A stretch of 64,000 nucleotides of DNA from Chrysomallon squamiferum (taxonomy: Eukaryota > Animalia > Mollusca), in the NCBI GenBank assembly GCA_012295275.1, contig CM022673.1:25110001-25174000 (forward strand), written 5' to 3'. The notes under the pieces were generated by a model. That model was not told where the DNA came from, ran no database searches, and worked only from the letters and a program-made list of their open reading frames with translations. The translations under genes were made by a program, and so were the position numbers. Position 1 is the first letter of the stretch; the number at the start of each line of letters is the position of its first letter. Of the stretch, positions 11,341-26,811 are shown piece after piece.

Positions 11341-12330
11341 AACAAAAGAATAAAATAGTGATTAAATATTTGTTTAATATAATAAATTTTAAATTAACAA
11401 CATTCAGGAGAGAAAATGGGGTGACTTTTAGAATGTTTGTTCTCTATGTCTCCTCCAGTTGTTATAGCTCACCATTCTCTGAGATCATCCATGTGAAGGA
11501 ATCTGTTTCTGTACTCTCTGGGCAGCTCAAACTGAGAGGGAATGGGAAACATGGATTCATAATAATCCTGCAGCACTGCTTTCACCTGATTTATGTACAA
11601 AAATATTGGTAGGTAAGACAACGAAAAAAAAAAAAAAAATTTTCTTTCTGATAAATAATAATATCCACTATGGATTAGTTCTAAGTTAAAAGTTAATAAT
11701 ACTATAGTAATTTTAATAATAGTTAATATAATTATTTTGAGATAACAATTGTAAGTAATAACAGTAAGAATAGTAGTAGTAGCAGGAAGAAAGGTGAATT
11801 TTGAAGTAGTACTGTTAAAGTAACAAGAAAAGCAAAAGATGAAAAATAAGTGCAAGAACAACAATATTACCTTTTAAAAAAACCCATTAGGATTAATCTT
11901 TTTATAGATAAATATTCTTATTAATACAATATGCTTTCTAAGTGTGCATCTACAGACATCTGATTGATTGTTTATACCATCCAAACATTAAGATTTAAGA
12001 TTTAAAGAATTCTGTTCATTTATGGCAAAGTCTGAAAACAAACAAAACACTTTGGGTCACCATGGATACTTCTAAATATTTGTGTTCATCTTATATTTTT
12101 GCAAGCAAGAACATTTACATACTGCCATTACTTACTGTTTTAGCATCTTCTGTTCCATGTTCTATATTATCATTGAGACAGATGAACTTTCTGTGAAAGA
12201 GAAAAACAGACATCATTTGTATCTTCAACTGTATGACTGACAACCAAACTAACAATCTACATTAATTATTTAATATTAAAAAATATACTTCAATTAGTTA
12301 TAGCAAAACATACACATAGAGTCACACACA

Positions 12331-12370
<40 letters not shown>

Positions 12371-14588
12371 TATACAAATGACACTGTTCTCATTAACAGC
12401 TTGTTTCTTAAATTTTATTTTATTATTTAACTGCAGTCAGTAATATTAATTAACAAACACCAAATAATTTAAGTAAAGATCACAAGTATGAAATAAAGAT
12501 TTTATTATGCTGGCATTTACATAAAAACACACTTTACTATACTAACGAGAGTATAAAATGTGAACTAATCATTTAGAGTTATCTTACTTTCTATTTTTTC
12601 GAATGTCGTCCAGCTGGGCTACAACAGTTGAGACATTACTTTTGATCATTTTAAACACAACCTCGGCATCATCAAGAATTGAGTATCTGTGAATAAAGAA
12701 ACTCTGATTTAATATTAAAACTTATAACAATACACAACATTATTTTGAACAGAATCGAGAAAACACAGAGTACTGTATGTGTATTTATAAACAAGCACTG
12801 TTGTTTTTTTAATATTAATTTTTCAGTGTCGAGTTTTAATAAATTTTTGCAGAAAATTAATTTTGATATATATATATATAAAATGAGTGTATTAAAAAAA
12901 ATTTGGATATTCTTCCCTTTAATGATTTTTGGAATGTTTTATATGATATGCAAACACTAAACAAATGTTAAAAATGTAAATAGTTTTAAAACAGGTTTAG
13001 AGTGAAGATGAACTTAAACACACCAAAGACAAATATTTGAAATCAAAATAAAACAAAGTAATACCTATTTAAATTTAAATTATGTTGGTTATTTAATTTT
13101 TTAAATTACTGCATTTTCAGCTGCTTACAGTGTGTTCTATCAGTTTATGTTTATGTCAAACTATATTATTTTAGTATTGTTCTAAAAAGTGTTCTTGTTG
13201 AAATCACAGGTTTATACATTAAGACAATAAATTAGATTTCCAGTAATTAACCCCCTGAAAAAGACTTAATTTTGCTCTTACTTGTATTTAGGCTTGGGTT
13301 TGAATTTCTCCTTCAAAAGACTGGTGAGGTTATCACAGTTCAGAAACAATTTCTTTGTTACTTGTGGCTGCAGCAGAAAGTCAAAAATGGATAAGAAGAA
13401 ATTTAATTACTTATTTATGTGTAAATAACCAGAAGTAAGAAATATAAACATGGTACATATATCTGACACCATGGTAACAGTCTGAATGACCCAACAAAAA
13501 CCCCAAAAAAAAAAAAAATTAAATAAATAAAAATTATCTCATTTTAAACTACTGCACATAGAGAAGGATTTTTCTATTTCTGGAAACAAACATAAATTAT
13601 ATTAACTAAACCATTAAATTACATCTACACAGCTAAATCATATTTACTAATTATAAATGGCAACATATTTCATTTAATTTGTAAATCAGTTTAACTGTGT
13701 ATGTGTGAGCATGTGTGTGTGTGTGTGTGTTTGTGTGTGTTATCTGCTGACTACAAAACATACCATATTTGTGTCATAATAAATCTCTTCTTTAGGGAGA
13801 GGAAACTCTTCTTGTTTACTTTTGGGTAACAAATGGGAACAGTTAATAATGACAGCTTCCAGACTCTGCAAAGTCTGAAAAACAAACAAAACATTGGTTC
13901 ACCATCGAATCTGGATAAATTTCAGATAATTCTTAAACATTTTATTACATTTTAACAGCTAAAACATTTTCATCAATGACATTAATAAATATATATTTTT
14001 AATCAAGGCAATAATTATCAGAACCGGAACTACATTCTGTAATAACAGTAAAACTGTGAAAATGTCAAACCGAAATCAGTTGCTGAATCTATGAAATAAA
14101 ATATAATCTAACCACCCTTAAACAAACTGATCAAAGAACAAGGATAAAATGTAAACACAGATGTATCAGAACTCTTTGGTTAAGGGAGTATGGGGTCTGA
14201 TCTGTCACAAATGTTACAGAGATAAAAACAAAAGTATCAGTAACTGCTTGATTTACCTGCATTTTCACCTGTTCATTTACTCCAAATATGGACAGCAGTT
14301 GCCCCCCACACACACCTACCACAGGTTATAAACTGTTTATAAAATCTGAATAAACTTGGTATATTTAATCAACTCACTTCTAAATACAGTGGAAGATCAT
14401 AGAGTTGAGCTGCTAGAGTCCTGATCTCTCTGTCAGACAAAACACTAAAAACACAACAATGATGTAAAATATTTTATTCTTACAAACAATAGGTTTTAGG
14501 TTTTTCACAAATAAAAGAGAAAAAAAAGAAATACTACTACTAATAATAATTATTTTTTTTGTTGTTGTTGTTGTTGTTATTGTTACTA

Positions 14589-14651
<63 letters not shown>

Positions 14652-17600
14652 TTATTATTTTTATTATTTTATTATTTTTAAAATCTAACTCTGTATTAAA
14701 TATTTAATATTATTATTTTTGTCAAATACAATCACTCAATTAACCATCATTAAAGAATTAAAGTATTTAGACTGATTTTTAAAAATATGTAGTCTGTTGT
14801 TTTTGGCAGTAAGAATGTTTTACGTAAAGAATTACTGACAGGTTATAAACCCAATGTCTCACCTGGATTGGTCTGTGTCCACTTCGTCAAAGATTTGTTC
14901 AGGTGAGACTTCTTCTGTGACTCCCAGCAGGTAGTAGAAGTAGGAGAAGGCAAACTGCATGTCCCTAGCATGTCTCACTTTGTGAGACGATGTCTCATCC
15001 CATTCAGCAGCAAATCTGAGATTATTTTATAATTTATATTCATTTCATTCTTTTTTTTTAATGCTTAAGTAGTTCATTCATCTCTTAAAATATATTTATA
15101 ATATATCTTCAAATAATCTTTCAGTCTCTTTTCAAAATTATGTTATAATTATCTAATTAATATTTGATGCTTTTTTATTGTCTTTTTTTGTGTAAATTAA
15201 ATATGATTTTCAATATTTATGATTTTTATAATATGCAAAAACGTATTTCTATCAAGAATTTGCTGTAGTGAATGCATTTAATTGATAAATCAAGTGTCAT
15301 TATTCACTGCATAAAATGGAACTAACACACAACAAAACGCAAGTAACATATTGACGATGTAACAAAGAGGTGTATAAACAAAAGAAAAACAAATGAAATT
15401 CTTTCTAAAAACATCACCTCTCCTGCATTTCACTCATCACGTGTTTGTCAATCATGTGAGGCATGTGTGCTGGTACTTTCCTCTGTCCAAATCCAAACGC
15501 TTTGTTGTAGATTCGATTGACATGACGCAGGGAATCACCAAATGTGTCCAGCAATCTCCTCAACTTGTGAGGCTTAGCTTCATAATCCTTGTCTTTCTAA
15601 CAGTTTCTCTTTCTCCTAACAAAAAATGAAAGACGATGATTAAATAAAAATAAATATGGAGGGAAAGGACAATTTTTATATAATAATGAATTAATGAAGG
15701 TTTAGTAACACTCCAGCATAGAATTTTAAATGACAAATACTAAATTAGAAGTAAGTGTAGTGATAAGGACTTGTAAACATTTCAGAAGATAAAAATACTT
15801 TGTACTTGAATATTTTGCTTTGGCTAAATATTATTGGTTTAGTATAAAATGAACTTTTCACAACTTTTTGCTAAAACAAATCAAATAAAGATTAGAATTA
15901 AGACCAAGGTGCTGCATCTTTCACAGCAAAATAACCAAGATAGTAAAACATTTAGATCAAAACAACCAAACGAAGGAAGGGTGAAGTAAACAATAATTAC
16001 CCTTTGCAGTCTTTCCAAACTGTTACCCCGTTCCCATGGTAACACTCCAGGAATTGTCACTTGATCTCCTAGCACTACATGACTGAGAAATTCTTTATCT
16101 CCAGCATCATCAACAGACTCTTTCCCAGTATTTTTATTCTCCTTCACGTGAACATTCAGGAGTTTCCTAGATCTTTGTCTTTTGTTGTAAGGAGACATGT
16201 TCAGATCAAGCATTGGTCTCTCTTTTTTCTCAGTTTGTTTTGTAGGAGAGACTGACTCTGTGGCAGCAGAATTCTTTTTTTCAGCAACAGCTGGGTTCGG
16301 CAGTTTGAAATATTTCTCAAAATTTGAAGTTTTATTTGCATTCTGGATAGTGGAGTTCTGTTTTTCATCTAAATACTTTTGATAAAGTTTCCTCCATTCA
16401 ATACTGAATCCAAGGTCTGTGATATCACCTGCAGAAAATTCAGTCAATCAAATTCAGTATCTTTGTTATTTTTAGTTCTCAAAACATTTCCTGTTATCAT
16501 TATTATTTCTTTTTAAAAAATGAAAACCTCTAAGACATAATAAAATTAAGAAAGATCTGATAAAAGATTTTTTTTTCCTTCAGTGATATGGCATTTCATT
16601 ATCAGTTACAAAACTGTTAATATCAGCATTTAAATAATTCTACTCTATAAAAACACATTATCTTATATAAAAATAATTTCTAAGGTAAGATAAAAAAAAA
16701 AACAACAACAAAAAAAAAGATTTGTGAGAGAAAAATGAATACCATCACTGAGTTCTTTGAAAAGATTGTCTACTTCTTCTCTCAGCTGTACAGACAGACT
16801 GACGTTGGTGAAATTTCTGTCAAAGTTTACAGGTATCTTTACGTTTGTCACTGTCCTAGGCTCATCCAGTCTGGGATGGGCTTGTCTACAATCAGCAAAA
16901 ACAGCCAGTTTTACACAAACAGTTGATGATGATGATGAGGAGGACATCAAGTAAAACTAAGATATTAAAATAAAACTATTTGTCTCATCTAATTAGCTCA
17001 CTGCAGTGAGTTCACAAGTGAATATTTTGTATATACTGAAGTAAACCAGACTGAATATTACATTTTTAACAGTGATAAAAGGAAGGAAATGAACATAGCT
17101 GATATCACACAAAACCATTGACAGTACTAACCAAGATACACTCAACAGATATTTCATCCAGAATGATGTAATTTATACACATCCAGAACTTCACACAAGA
17201 GTTACACACCAGTGGTCTAGCATTTACCGACAAAATCAGAATATAGAATTATTTGATTTGGGAAAAGCATTAATTAGAATGGAAAAAACAAACTTACTGC
17301 TCATGTATTTCCATCTCTTGGAAAATTAAAGGCTCCTCCAATGAATCTGCTTCTGCCTGTTTCTTCTCATGTTCACTTTTGTTGTTCAGCTCAATGCTGA
17401 TGTTTTTACTTGTGTCTACAGTGACTGTGAAGTTCACCTATAGGAGGAAAGATCATTTTCTTTAAAAAAAAAATTCATTTCTACAGAAATATTACACAGT
17501 TTCTGTTATGTAATCGATTAATTAAGAATATAAAACAAATGTGCAATATTTTGTGTTATTTGCTAGTTATAGTTGGTAATTAGTTTAAATAAACAGTTCA

Positions 17601-20600
17601 AGATACTGAACTAATGAGGTACCAAAACCTGATTTTGGCATTTCACGTAAATTCAGATTTTGAAAAAAAACAAAAACATTCTGGTTTGTCAGTATAAACA
17701 ACTCTTTGACAGTCTAACAAACTTAAGTATACACAAATTTCTTTTAATCAACTTGATGTTTTTAGCTATTTAATCCATTCTGACAATAAAAGTTTATACA
17801 CTGTTTTTACTGTTGAAATTATCTTCAATATTTAATCAAAAAACAAACCTGAAACTTGTTATCTTCTGAACCATGGTGCCCACTGATATTAAATACAAGA
17901 GTGGTTTCATTATGACCTGACTGAAGTACCAGGGTCATGACCTTGAACTTGTTGGCAATGGCAACTTGTTTATAAATGGCTGAATCACTGTAGGAAGCAT
18001 GTTTGATCATGCCGTCCTTTCCCAGCAAATTTGTCATATTAAAATAAGCTATTTTCAGTCCTGTAAATACAGAAATACATCAACATAGAACCAACCAAAA
18101 AGCAAACTCCCAAGTTTTTAAATAATAATAATGAAATATAAATATATATATATATAATTTTATAATGCTAATTGATTTTTAATAAAAAGAAGAACACTCT
18201 GGTAATGACACTGTTCATGTATGTTTTTAAGATAATTAATTATAAGTTGTGACAAACTCTGGATAACTTTTTATCTGTTAGCAAAAAAGCTACTTTTATT
18301 TATCCCTCCTCACTGACAGGAAAGTTCACACAAACACAGCCAAACGTAAAACTGAGAGAACAACTATTGTTACTAACTTAATAAGGAAATACAATTTATA
18401 TATATACACACAAATAGTAGTGTTATAAAACAGTACTCACCAGGTGGCAGTGCATAGTGTGTTTTATTTATTGAGAAATCTACACCGTACAGACTGTCAA
18501 AATTATCAACACCACAATCTCCAGCATCAAATCCACATGCCAGTACATTACAAGCCTATAACAAGAATGGACAGATTCATAGAGTTGTTAACCAATCAAA
18601 ATAAAAACATTTTTATGCACATTTTCGAAAAATGCATCTGAATACATCAAACAATAATTGTTTTATTTATAGAAATTAATCTTTTCAATATTCTGACAAT
18701 AATCATACAGGCTTTTAATTTTTTTTTTTCATCAAAAAGAAATCAGAATTCAATGATTTATTTAAAAAAAAAAAAAAAAAAGAAAAAGGAAAAAGGATTT
18801 TAGTATTTTGATTTTAGAGATAACAATGATGTGTCACACATAAGTTATTTAATTATAATTAAAAAATAGCTCATCAAAGAAAATTTTTCTTACTTACTGT
18901 ATCACAGTATTTGTCAGCAATCCAACTATTAGCACAGCCAGTATTGCAGTAGGCTGAAAATAAACAGTATTTAAGAAAAAGATCACAAGTATTTTTCTTA
19001 CGCAAATAATAATAATACAAAATTTTAATAAAAAAAAAACATTTAAATTAAATTTTAAAAAGTATATTAATAAAAAATTGTTTTAAATAATAATGAAATA
19101 AATATCTAAATATCATTATTTTATAATGTTAATGATTTTTAATAAATAAAAATAGAATATTTTTTCAATGAAATTTTTTTAATATTATTAATAATATACA
19201 TGTACAAGTTATAAGTGTCAGTTTTGTTTACTTTTTATTTATTCTATCACTATTACAGATTATTTTATTTTAATTTAATAGGATTAAATCTGTCTCTTCT
19301 ACTTAGTAAGCAAGTTATCTGCACTTTCACTATACAGACTGCTCTATCACATAGTTACCAAGACTGAGTGCATGAGGGTCACCAAATGTGTTGTGAAAGC
19401 CAGCTCCCAGCTGCAAACTACCTTGTTTACCTGAGACACAAAAACTATCATCAGTTAATTAACTCAAATTATATGTCTACAGGTAATGAAAACAAACAAA
19501 CAAAAAATTTCTGATTTAAACAAAGAAATATTGTTAATATAACATAGAAAGTTTCTAAATATCCTGAAACTGCCATAAAAAAAATCCACAAATAATTAAT
19601 AAACTGATAAATGTGCTGAATATTTACAATGATTAAAAACATGTAAAGAAAATTTATATTTTTTTATTAGTTATACTTGTTGCATTTTTGTATTTTAATT
19701 ATCCTTTGTCTAAAAATAAATGGAAAAAGGAAGAATCAAACTGTAAATTAGAAGAGAGTGTGACACGTAACTTAGTGTTTGGAAATCTAATAAAAACAAA
19801 CCATCACAATCCCCTGCATCCCAGTCACATTCTGAGTTGTTGCAAGCCTTGTCACAGTAGCCATCTTTGATCCATGTAGATGGACAACCTTCATTACAGT
19901 TTGGTACTGGCCATGTCAAGTAGACCTAAATATCCAAATTAAACACAGTGAAAACAGAATTATAACACATACTGTATCTGTATAATTAAATGTGTTTAAA
20001 ATATTGACCTAACTATTCAAATAAAACACAATGAAGAATGAAAACAGAATTATAACATATACTGTATCTATATAATTAAATGTGTTTAAAATAGTGACCT
20101 AAATATTCAAATCAAACACACTGAAGAACAAAATCAGAATTATAACACACACTGTTTCTATATAATTAAATGTGTTTAAAATACAACAATGTAAAGGCTG
20201 CAGACTGAAAAGTGTAATAATGTTTCCTGGAATTTCAAAATAAAGAATACATTATTCATGTACTAGTATTAGAGTCATGCAAGGCAGTAACCACAGCACC
20301 AACAAATCTTAAACTCAAATACATTGTAAATTACCTAATTCTATACAAAAAGTATACAAAACCATTAAGCATCAGTGATTGCAACATCACCTAACTGAAA
20401 ATCAATTATCAAAACAAAAGTCTGCATTCACTGAAAATGTTTTTCAGATCTCAAGTTTAATTAAGTTTAAATTAAATTTTAAATCCTTTGTTTTCTTGTC
20501 TTTTAAGTAAAATGTAAAACAAAACTGCAAACAACCTTTTGTCCTGTGGAATACGAGAAGAAATCGTCAGGCCACACTTCTTTGCCAAACATGACATCGT

Positions 20601-23600
20601 CGTTCATGTAGATGAATTTGTCAGAAAGACCCTCAATCTTGTGTATGTGAGCCTCAATGGCTGGCGAGCTGAATGTTGGAAGATGACTTTTGTTGCTGAA
20701 GATTTCCTGAAATTTAAAAAAACAAAAACAAAACGTAATCGTTAAATAAGTAAATGTTTTAAAGACCAAAGACTAAATTTAAAATTAAAATAATAATAAC
20801 AATAATAATAATGATTAATTTACACTTGCAGCAGTTACTAATAGAAAATTAGTTTTTTTTTATTCTCTCTTTTTCAGCTCTTGTAACAAGTTAAGTTTAT
20901 TTATGTTGTCTCAGTATTTATGTATTACATTCAGTGGCTTGTTAAACAGGGATAATGGAGTTCTTGCAATAAGTTATTTATGACACATTATACTAGAGCA
21001 TTAATAACACACACATCTGTGCTGTTTAACAGGACTTAATGTAAGTAACTGGTTATTATGCAAGTCACAGTGTATTGCTTACTTTGTGTGTAACTACAGA
21101 TATCCTAGGATTTTCCAGATCCAACCAGTAAGGAATCTGGCCGTTAGTTACAATGTAAATATGTCGAACCCATGGAGCAAACTTCTCAATAGAACGCAGA
21201 GAGTAACGCAGTTCCTGTGTCAATAAATTCAGTGAAACAATTATTTAACATATAAATGTTGTACCATTATTCGTTCTTTTTTTCAAACTGGTGTATCAAA
21301 ATTAGTGAAAATTAAGTCAAAAATAAAATTAAAATAAATGGAAAAAAGACAAAAGCATAACAATCTATATAAAAAAAATATTACTACAGTGTCAGTATTA
21401 ATAAAGTTTTGGTTACCTCGTTATCTTCAAATCTGCTAGAAGCTATGTCCTCATCCTGGGATAACTGAAAATAAAGTAATTTCTACGTATTTAACATGTT
21501 TAAAATCATTTGGATTCAATTTGTAATTCCCTTTATACAGTTTCCATTATATCGTAAAACAAAAAAAAGAAGAACTTTTAAAACCTCATCTAAATAATAA
21601 ATAAATTACCTCAGAATCTGAATAATAAAAGAACATTTTAAAAAAATCATTTAAATGATATTAAACTTACATCTTTCAGTTCCCAAATCAGATTTGCAGC
21701 ATTCAGAGTCGGTTCCTTGCCCCCAATTGAAAAATTCTTAATCTTGAAAAAAAGAAAAAAAAAGAAGAAGACTATAAATCAGTGCAAAGTTCACAAACAC
21801 ATACACAAAACAAATTAGATAAATAAAAAAGAAAGCAACTGAAAAATTAATAATGTGAAAAGAAAAATGATTACTGTGCTAATTAAAATGTCCATGACAA
21901 CTGTAGATTATGAACATGATGTGAAAGTCTAAAATAAAATAAATAATACAGTACATTTTATTAACTGTCATTTTACTTTCAAAAAAAAATTACACACATT
22001 TTTATTATTTATTATATATTTTTCAAAATGTCACTTACACTAACAAGTTCATCAAAATGTTTTTTGTGTGGGACGTGCAGAATTGCTATACCTCTGTCTT
22101 TGTGTAAATCAATCTGTGAAAACAAAATAAACTTTTCTTAACAGTTTCACATACATAAATAACATAAATTTACAGTCAAGGATACTGATTAAGAAAAAAA
22201 ACAGTGTAATAATAATAGTGAAATAAAAATAAATAATATTCTTGAGAAATAACTGAGATGTATTGAGGAAACCTGACATACATTCACTCTATCAGTAACA
22301 AGTTATCCAATTACTTTTAAAACCGAACCTTAAACGTGTAACTAACAATCATTTGTCATTAAAAATGAAATTACCCTACCTGATATCAAAAGTATATTTA
22401 TTAATTTTCTAAATTCATGGTTAAATGGACACATAACGTATCAACTGAAGCCAAGTTTGTTGTATATCTTACCTTTGATATTGTTGCGTGGTATTTCTCC
22501 GGCATCTTCATTCGGAGGCTGTCAGTGTCGAGTTCGTGAGGGAAGCCAGACATGATGATTGTGTCGTGCAGGAGGATTGAGTGCTGCACTGTCCAGTCAC
22601 TTGTCTTGTAATAAATAATTAAATCAAAAATTATCTCAGTAATTTATTTTGTATAGCCTTGGGTTATATCACTGTATTTTGTGTCAGCAGAACTCTTACA
22701 CGTGTATTGTATTATGAATGTTAATGAAATTAAGTAATGTAGATAATACAAACTGTCAAGAAAGATGTAATGTGTTAATAAACTTACAAGGTAAACTCTC
22801 TTCACTCTGGTTGTGTTTCCATGAATAAGCAGATTTTTGTTCACAACATTTTTAACTGAAAAACCAAATGAAATTCAGATAATATATTTTTTTCATTACA
22901 TTTTACTGAAGCTAAAAATACATTATACACTAAATACAACTTTTAAAAATTGATAAATATTTTATATCATTATTTATTAATATTTCAAGGTTTGCATACA
23001 CCAGTGTATTTACCCATAACATTAATATGACTTTTATTTTAAAATTATGATGATCAAAAGTTGTTTTATTTTAATCACATCCAGAACAATAAATAATTAA
23101 CTGACGGATTGAAAAAAGAATTTAGACATTTCATTCATGAAAACAAAGCTGTATCTTAATAAATATATATATCAAAAAATAGATACAGTTTCACTAAGGT
23201 ATCAAAGCTTTTTACATTTTAATGGATTTTACTTACCTGATGTAACATTCTCAAACACAATGACAGTGAAATTGAGTTGATCTGCAGGAGAAGTGACTAC
23301 ATACATATCCATGGCCTCTTGGAATGCTGGGAAATCTTTTTTGAGTTGTGTTAAATTCATACTGGCAGGGAGGGCTGGATCTAAAACAACTTTTGTTGTT
23401 GCAAGACAATTACTAAATGAGCATTTCTCCTCACTGAAAAAAAAAAAAAAATATCTGTAAATATGTATCCATTTTATTACTTTTGTACATGCTAATGAGA
23501 CCAAGGTAATCCACAGGTCAATATATAAAAAGTAGGTTAAATTGAAACTAGCACCTGTTAAACAATGAATTAGATTATATTGTTATGTTGTTGTTTTTTG

Positions 23601-26600
23601 TTATTTTTTTTAAATTTAAAAAGTAGGGAAACTGAATGTAACACCTGACAACTTCCATAAATATATATGTACATTGTTTTTTTTCACAAAATAACCTCCA
23701 AAATTTCTAATTTTACACATTTGTTCCAAGATTTTAATTATTTTCTTCTAATATATTACATCTTTTTTCTTTGTTGTAAACCACATAATTTCAATTTAAA
23801 CATTATTTTAAAATTTTAATAATCATTCTCATTATTAAGTGATTAAAAAATACAACAGTTCTCATATCTTTTAAAAGGTGTGGCTTAAATGTACGTATTG
23901 TACACCAACATTGTATGTATGTATTGAACACCTATTCATCTTGTATCACATATGAAAACAATAACTTCTCTTTTTGTTATGTTTTACACCAGATACCTTT
24001 CGTAAAATGCAGAAAGGTGACAACAATAAAAATTAAGATGTTCTAGTTTTGGTATAAAAGCTATGGGAAGATTGAGTCTTCAACATTTTAATCAATCAAA
24101 AGAAAATTGATTTTGCACTGAATGATTCAAAATATATATCATAAGATTTTTTTCAAATCTAAACAGGGTAGGTAGCTGTCTATGTAAATAAACATTTCTA
24201 AAAAAATTGGAAGATAGAGTTAACAGACCACTAGCAACAGAAAGGGTTAACGTTAATTCTAGAAAATATCTGAAAAGGCTGTGATGACTGCTTTCATGTT
24301 AACATATAAATCATGCTGATGGTGTTTGACAATAAAACAAACAAAGCAATAATAATAATAATCATAATAATCATCAGATGCAATCATCTCTGTAAAATAG
24401 GGAAACATTTTGAAGGGATGAAGCCAAATAGTGGCTTAACCACAATTAAAAAAAAAAAAAAAAAAATTATTGAAACATAAATGTACAAAGCTACATTTAC
24501 GTAACAAAAATACAAATAAGCTGCACTATGTAACAAACAGAAAACAAATCACTACTAAATTAATTAACAGTGCATATTACCAAAATAACAACTGCATCAT
24601 CTGGACAAGCAGCAATAAAATTCCCACCAATGCAATGCTACATATTTTGGCTTACCAAGGCATGCGTCATTAAGCATATTGTGAGAGGCAAAAAAACAAC
24701 ACTTTTTTTTCAATTTCAGCTACAAAGCATGACAATTACTTACATTTTTACCACTATTAAATAATTTTTTTTAAACATCTCTTTGATGATAAAATATAAT
24801 CATTTGGAAAATAAACACTAAACAAAGATATTCATAAAAGATGCAATACATCCAGGTTTAAAACTGTTTAACAACCATGCACACATAAAGGCTAGCAATG
24901 CTTACCCACTTGAGGTGCTTATCCTAAACAAGACATAAACAAACAGTAAATTTTTATAAATAACAATGGAGAGCAGGTTCAGTGATTGACTTTTCTTGAC
25001 TCCATTTTTAAGGTTTTTACTAATCTGGGTCTACATAAAAGTTAAAACAAACTGAAAAATCAGCCACTTGTATCACATCATTTTCATTTTATGAATCATG
25101 TATTTCAGTTTTAAGAGAGCAATTCATTACAATCCTAATTTTATCTTTCTACCTTTTAAATTAACAGATTAATTACTGTATTTATATTTACAACATAGCT
25201 TCAGAATAAAACAGTGCATAAATAACAATATAAATAAATGAAAAGTTTTAATGGCATAAAATAAGAGAACTCTTGAGCTGTTTATTTTGTAATTCACCTG
25301 GAAATATTAAGTTCTTTTTCCAGCTGGAGCCTGACCTGTCTGAGTTCACTAATAAGAGCTGGATCTGAGCCATTGACCCAAGTGTACACTATGTCAATAG
25401 GAACTGGCAGGCACAGTCTGAAACAACAACAACAACAACAACAAAATAAATTCTTTAAGTCCATATGTGTTTAGTATAAAAAAAAAAAAAAAAAAAAAAT
25501 AAAAATTTTATTTTGAATTTTTTTTTTTTTTTTTTTTTAAATTTTACATTGAATTTTTAAATTTTAATTTTTTTTTTTAAACCTTTTTTTACACTAACAT
25601 TGACCCAAATTAAAATAAATGGTACTGTGGGTGATTATGGATATAATATATAAGTCAGTAACAGATGACCACTGTTGAATGTGTAGACAAGAGTATTTTC
25701 GTCACTGATATATTTGACTTCGCACTAATAAGGAAATGCTTTAACGGATTTGACTCATCAAGTGATTTAAGAAACACAGAACAGATAATGTGATATGTCA
25801 GAATATCACAAAGTCCATTAACATCAGTTTTTTTTTTTTCTTCTGTTTAGCTACTAATAGGATGGCTTGTCTGCACCAAAAAGGATGGTTTTTTTTTTAG
25901 GAAAAAGGTAATTATATTAATAACTAGCTACTATTTTTGTTTCAGGTTTGTAACATACTGTCTGTAGTTTTACTGCACAGTAAAAATAAATACTGTGTCA
26001 AGAATCTTTAACACTGTACATTACAGCTAATTTACAAATCTGTGAGCAAAGGCTTGTTTATAAAAATAAAATCACAAACAACTAAAACTAAGGACTTAGG
26101 TGAAGCTTACTATTCACTGATGCAAAGCTATAAATATGTACCTAGATAAATTTTGAAACTACTGAAATTGTAATTTAATAACTGGAAATGAAAGACAAAA
26201 TCCCATAAACTATTCCCTTTTATATTTAATAAATCTAATAGCTGTAAATTAAATTACCTTTTCCTAAAAGACTTTCCTCCAAGATTATCACTATAAGAGT
26301 TGAAAACTGCAGCATACTTTTCTCGACTCCATTCGAATGCTGTCTGGAAAGATAAATAAATACAGAGACATAGCAAAAACTTGGTTTTAAATGTTTCTCC
26401 AGCCTAACTGTAAGTAGAAATATAAATTATTTAGAAAATATTTCAATGTGCATATGTCCTCCTTAGAAACAAAATGAACTGGTTTTATTATATGGTGTAA
26501 AGGCTGAGTTCTTTATTTCCTCAGTGACATTCTAAAGTTAAATAATAATACTAATAATCATATAATAATAATAATAATAATAATAGGAAAAAGGGGGGAT

Positions 26601-26764
26601 AATTAGACAAAGAAGAATACAAAAAGTACAAAGCATAAAAGCTTCTAAGTGACATTTTGCATAAGTAAAACTAAGTAACTTTTTTAGGCTGAGTTCTTTA
26701 TTTCCTGTATTGCTGTTTACAGGTTCTTATCTTATTCTAAAGTTAAATAATAATACTAATAACC

Positions 26765-26811
<47 letters not shown>

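Noticed and set aside
21610-21617. Possible 8-nt microexon in GNPTAB (ag|ATTCTGAG|gtaat)
   Set aside because: It would shift the frame; the flanking exons already join in phase 0.
24965-25030. Acceptor-like site and short open frame in a GNPTAB intron
   Set aside because: No convincing donor before an in-frame TGA.
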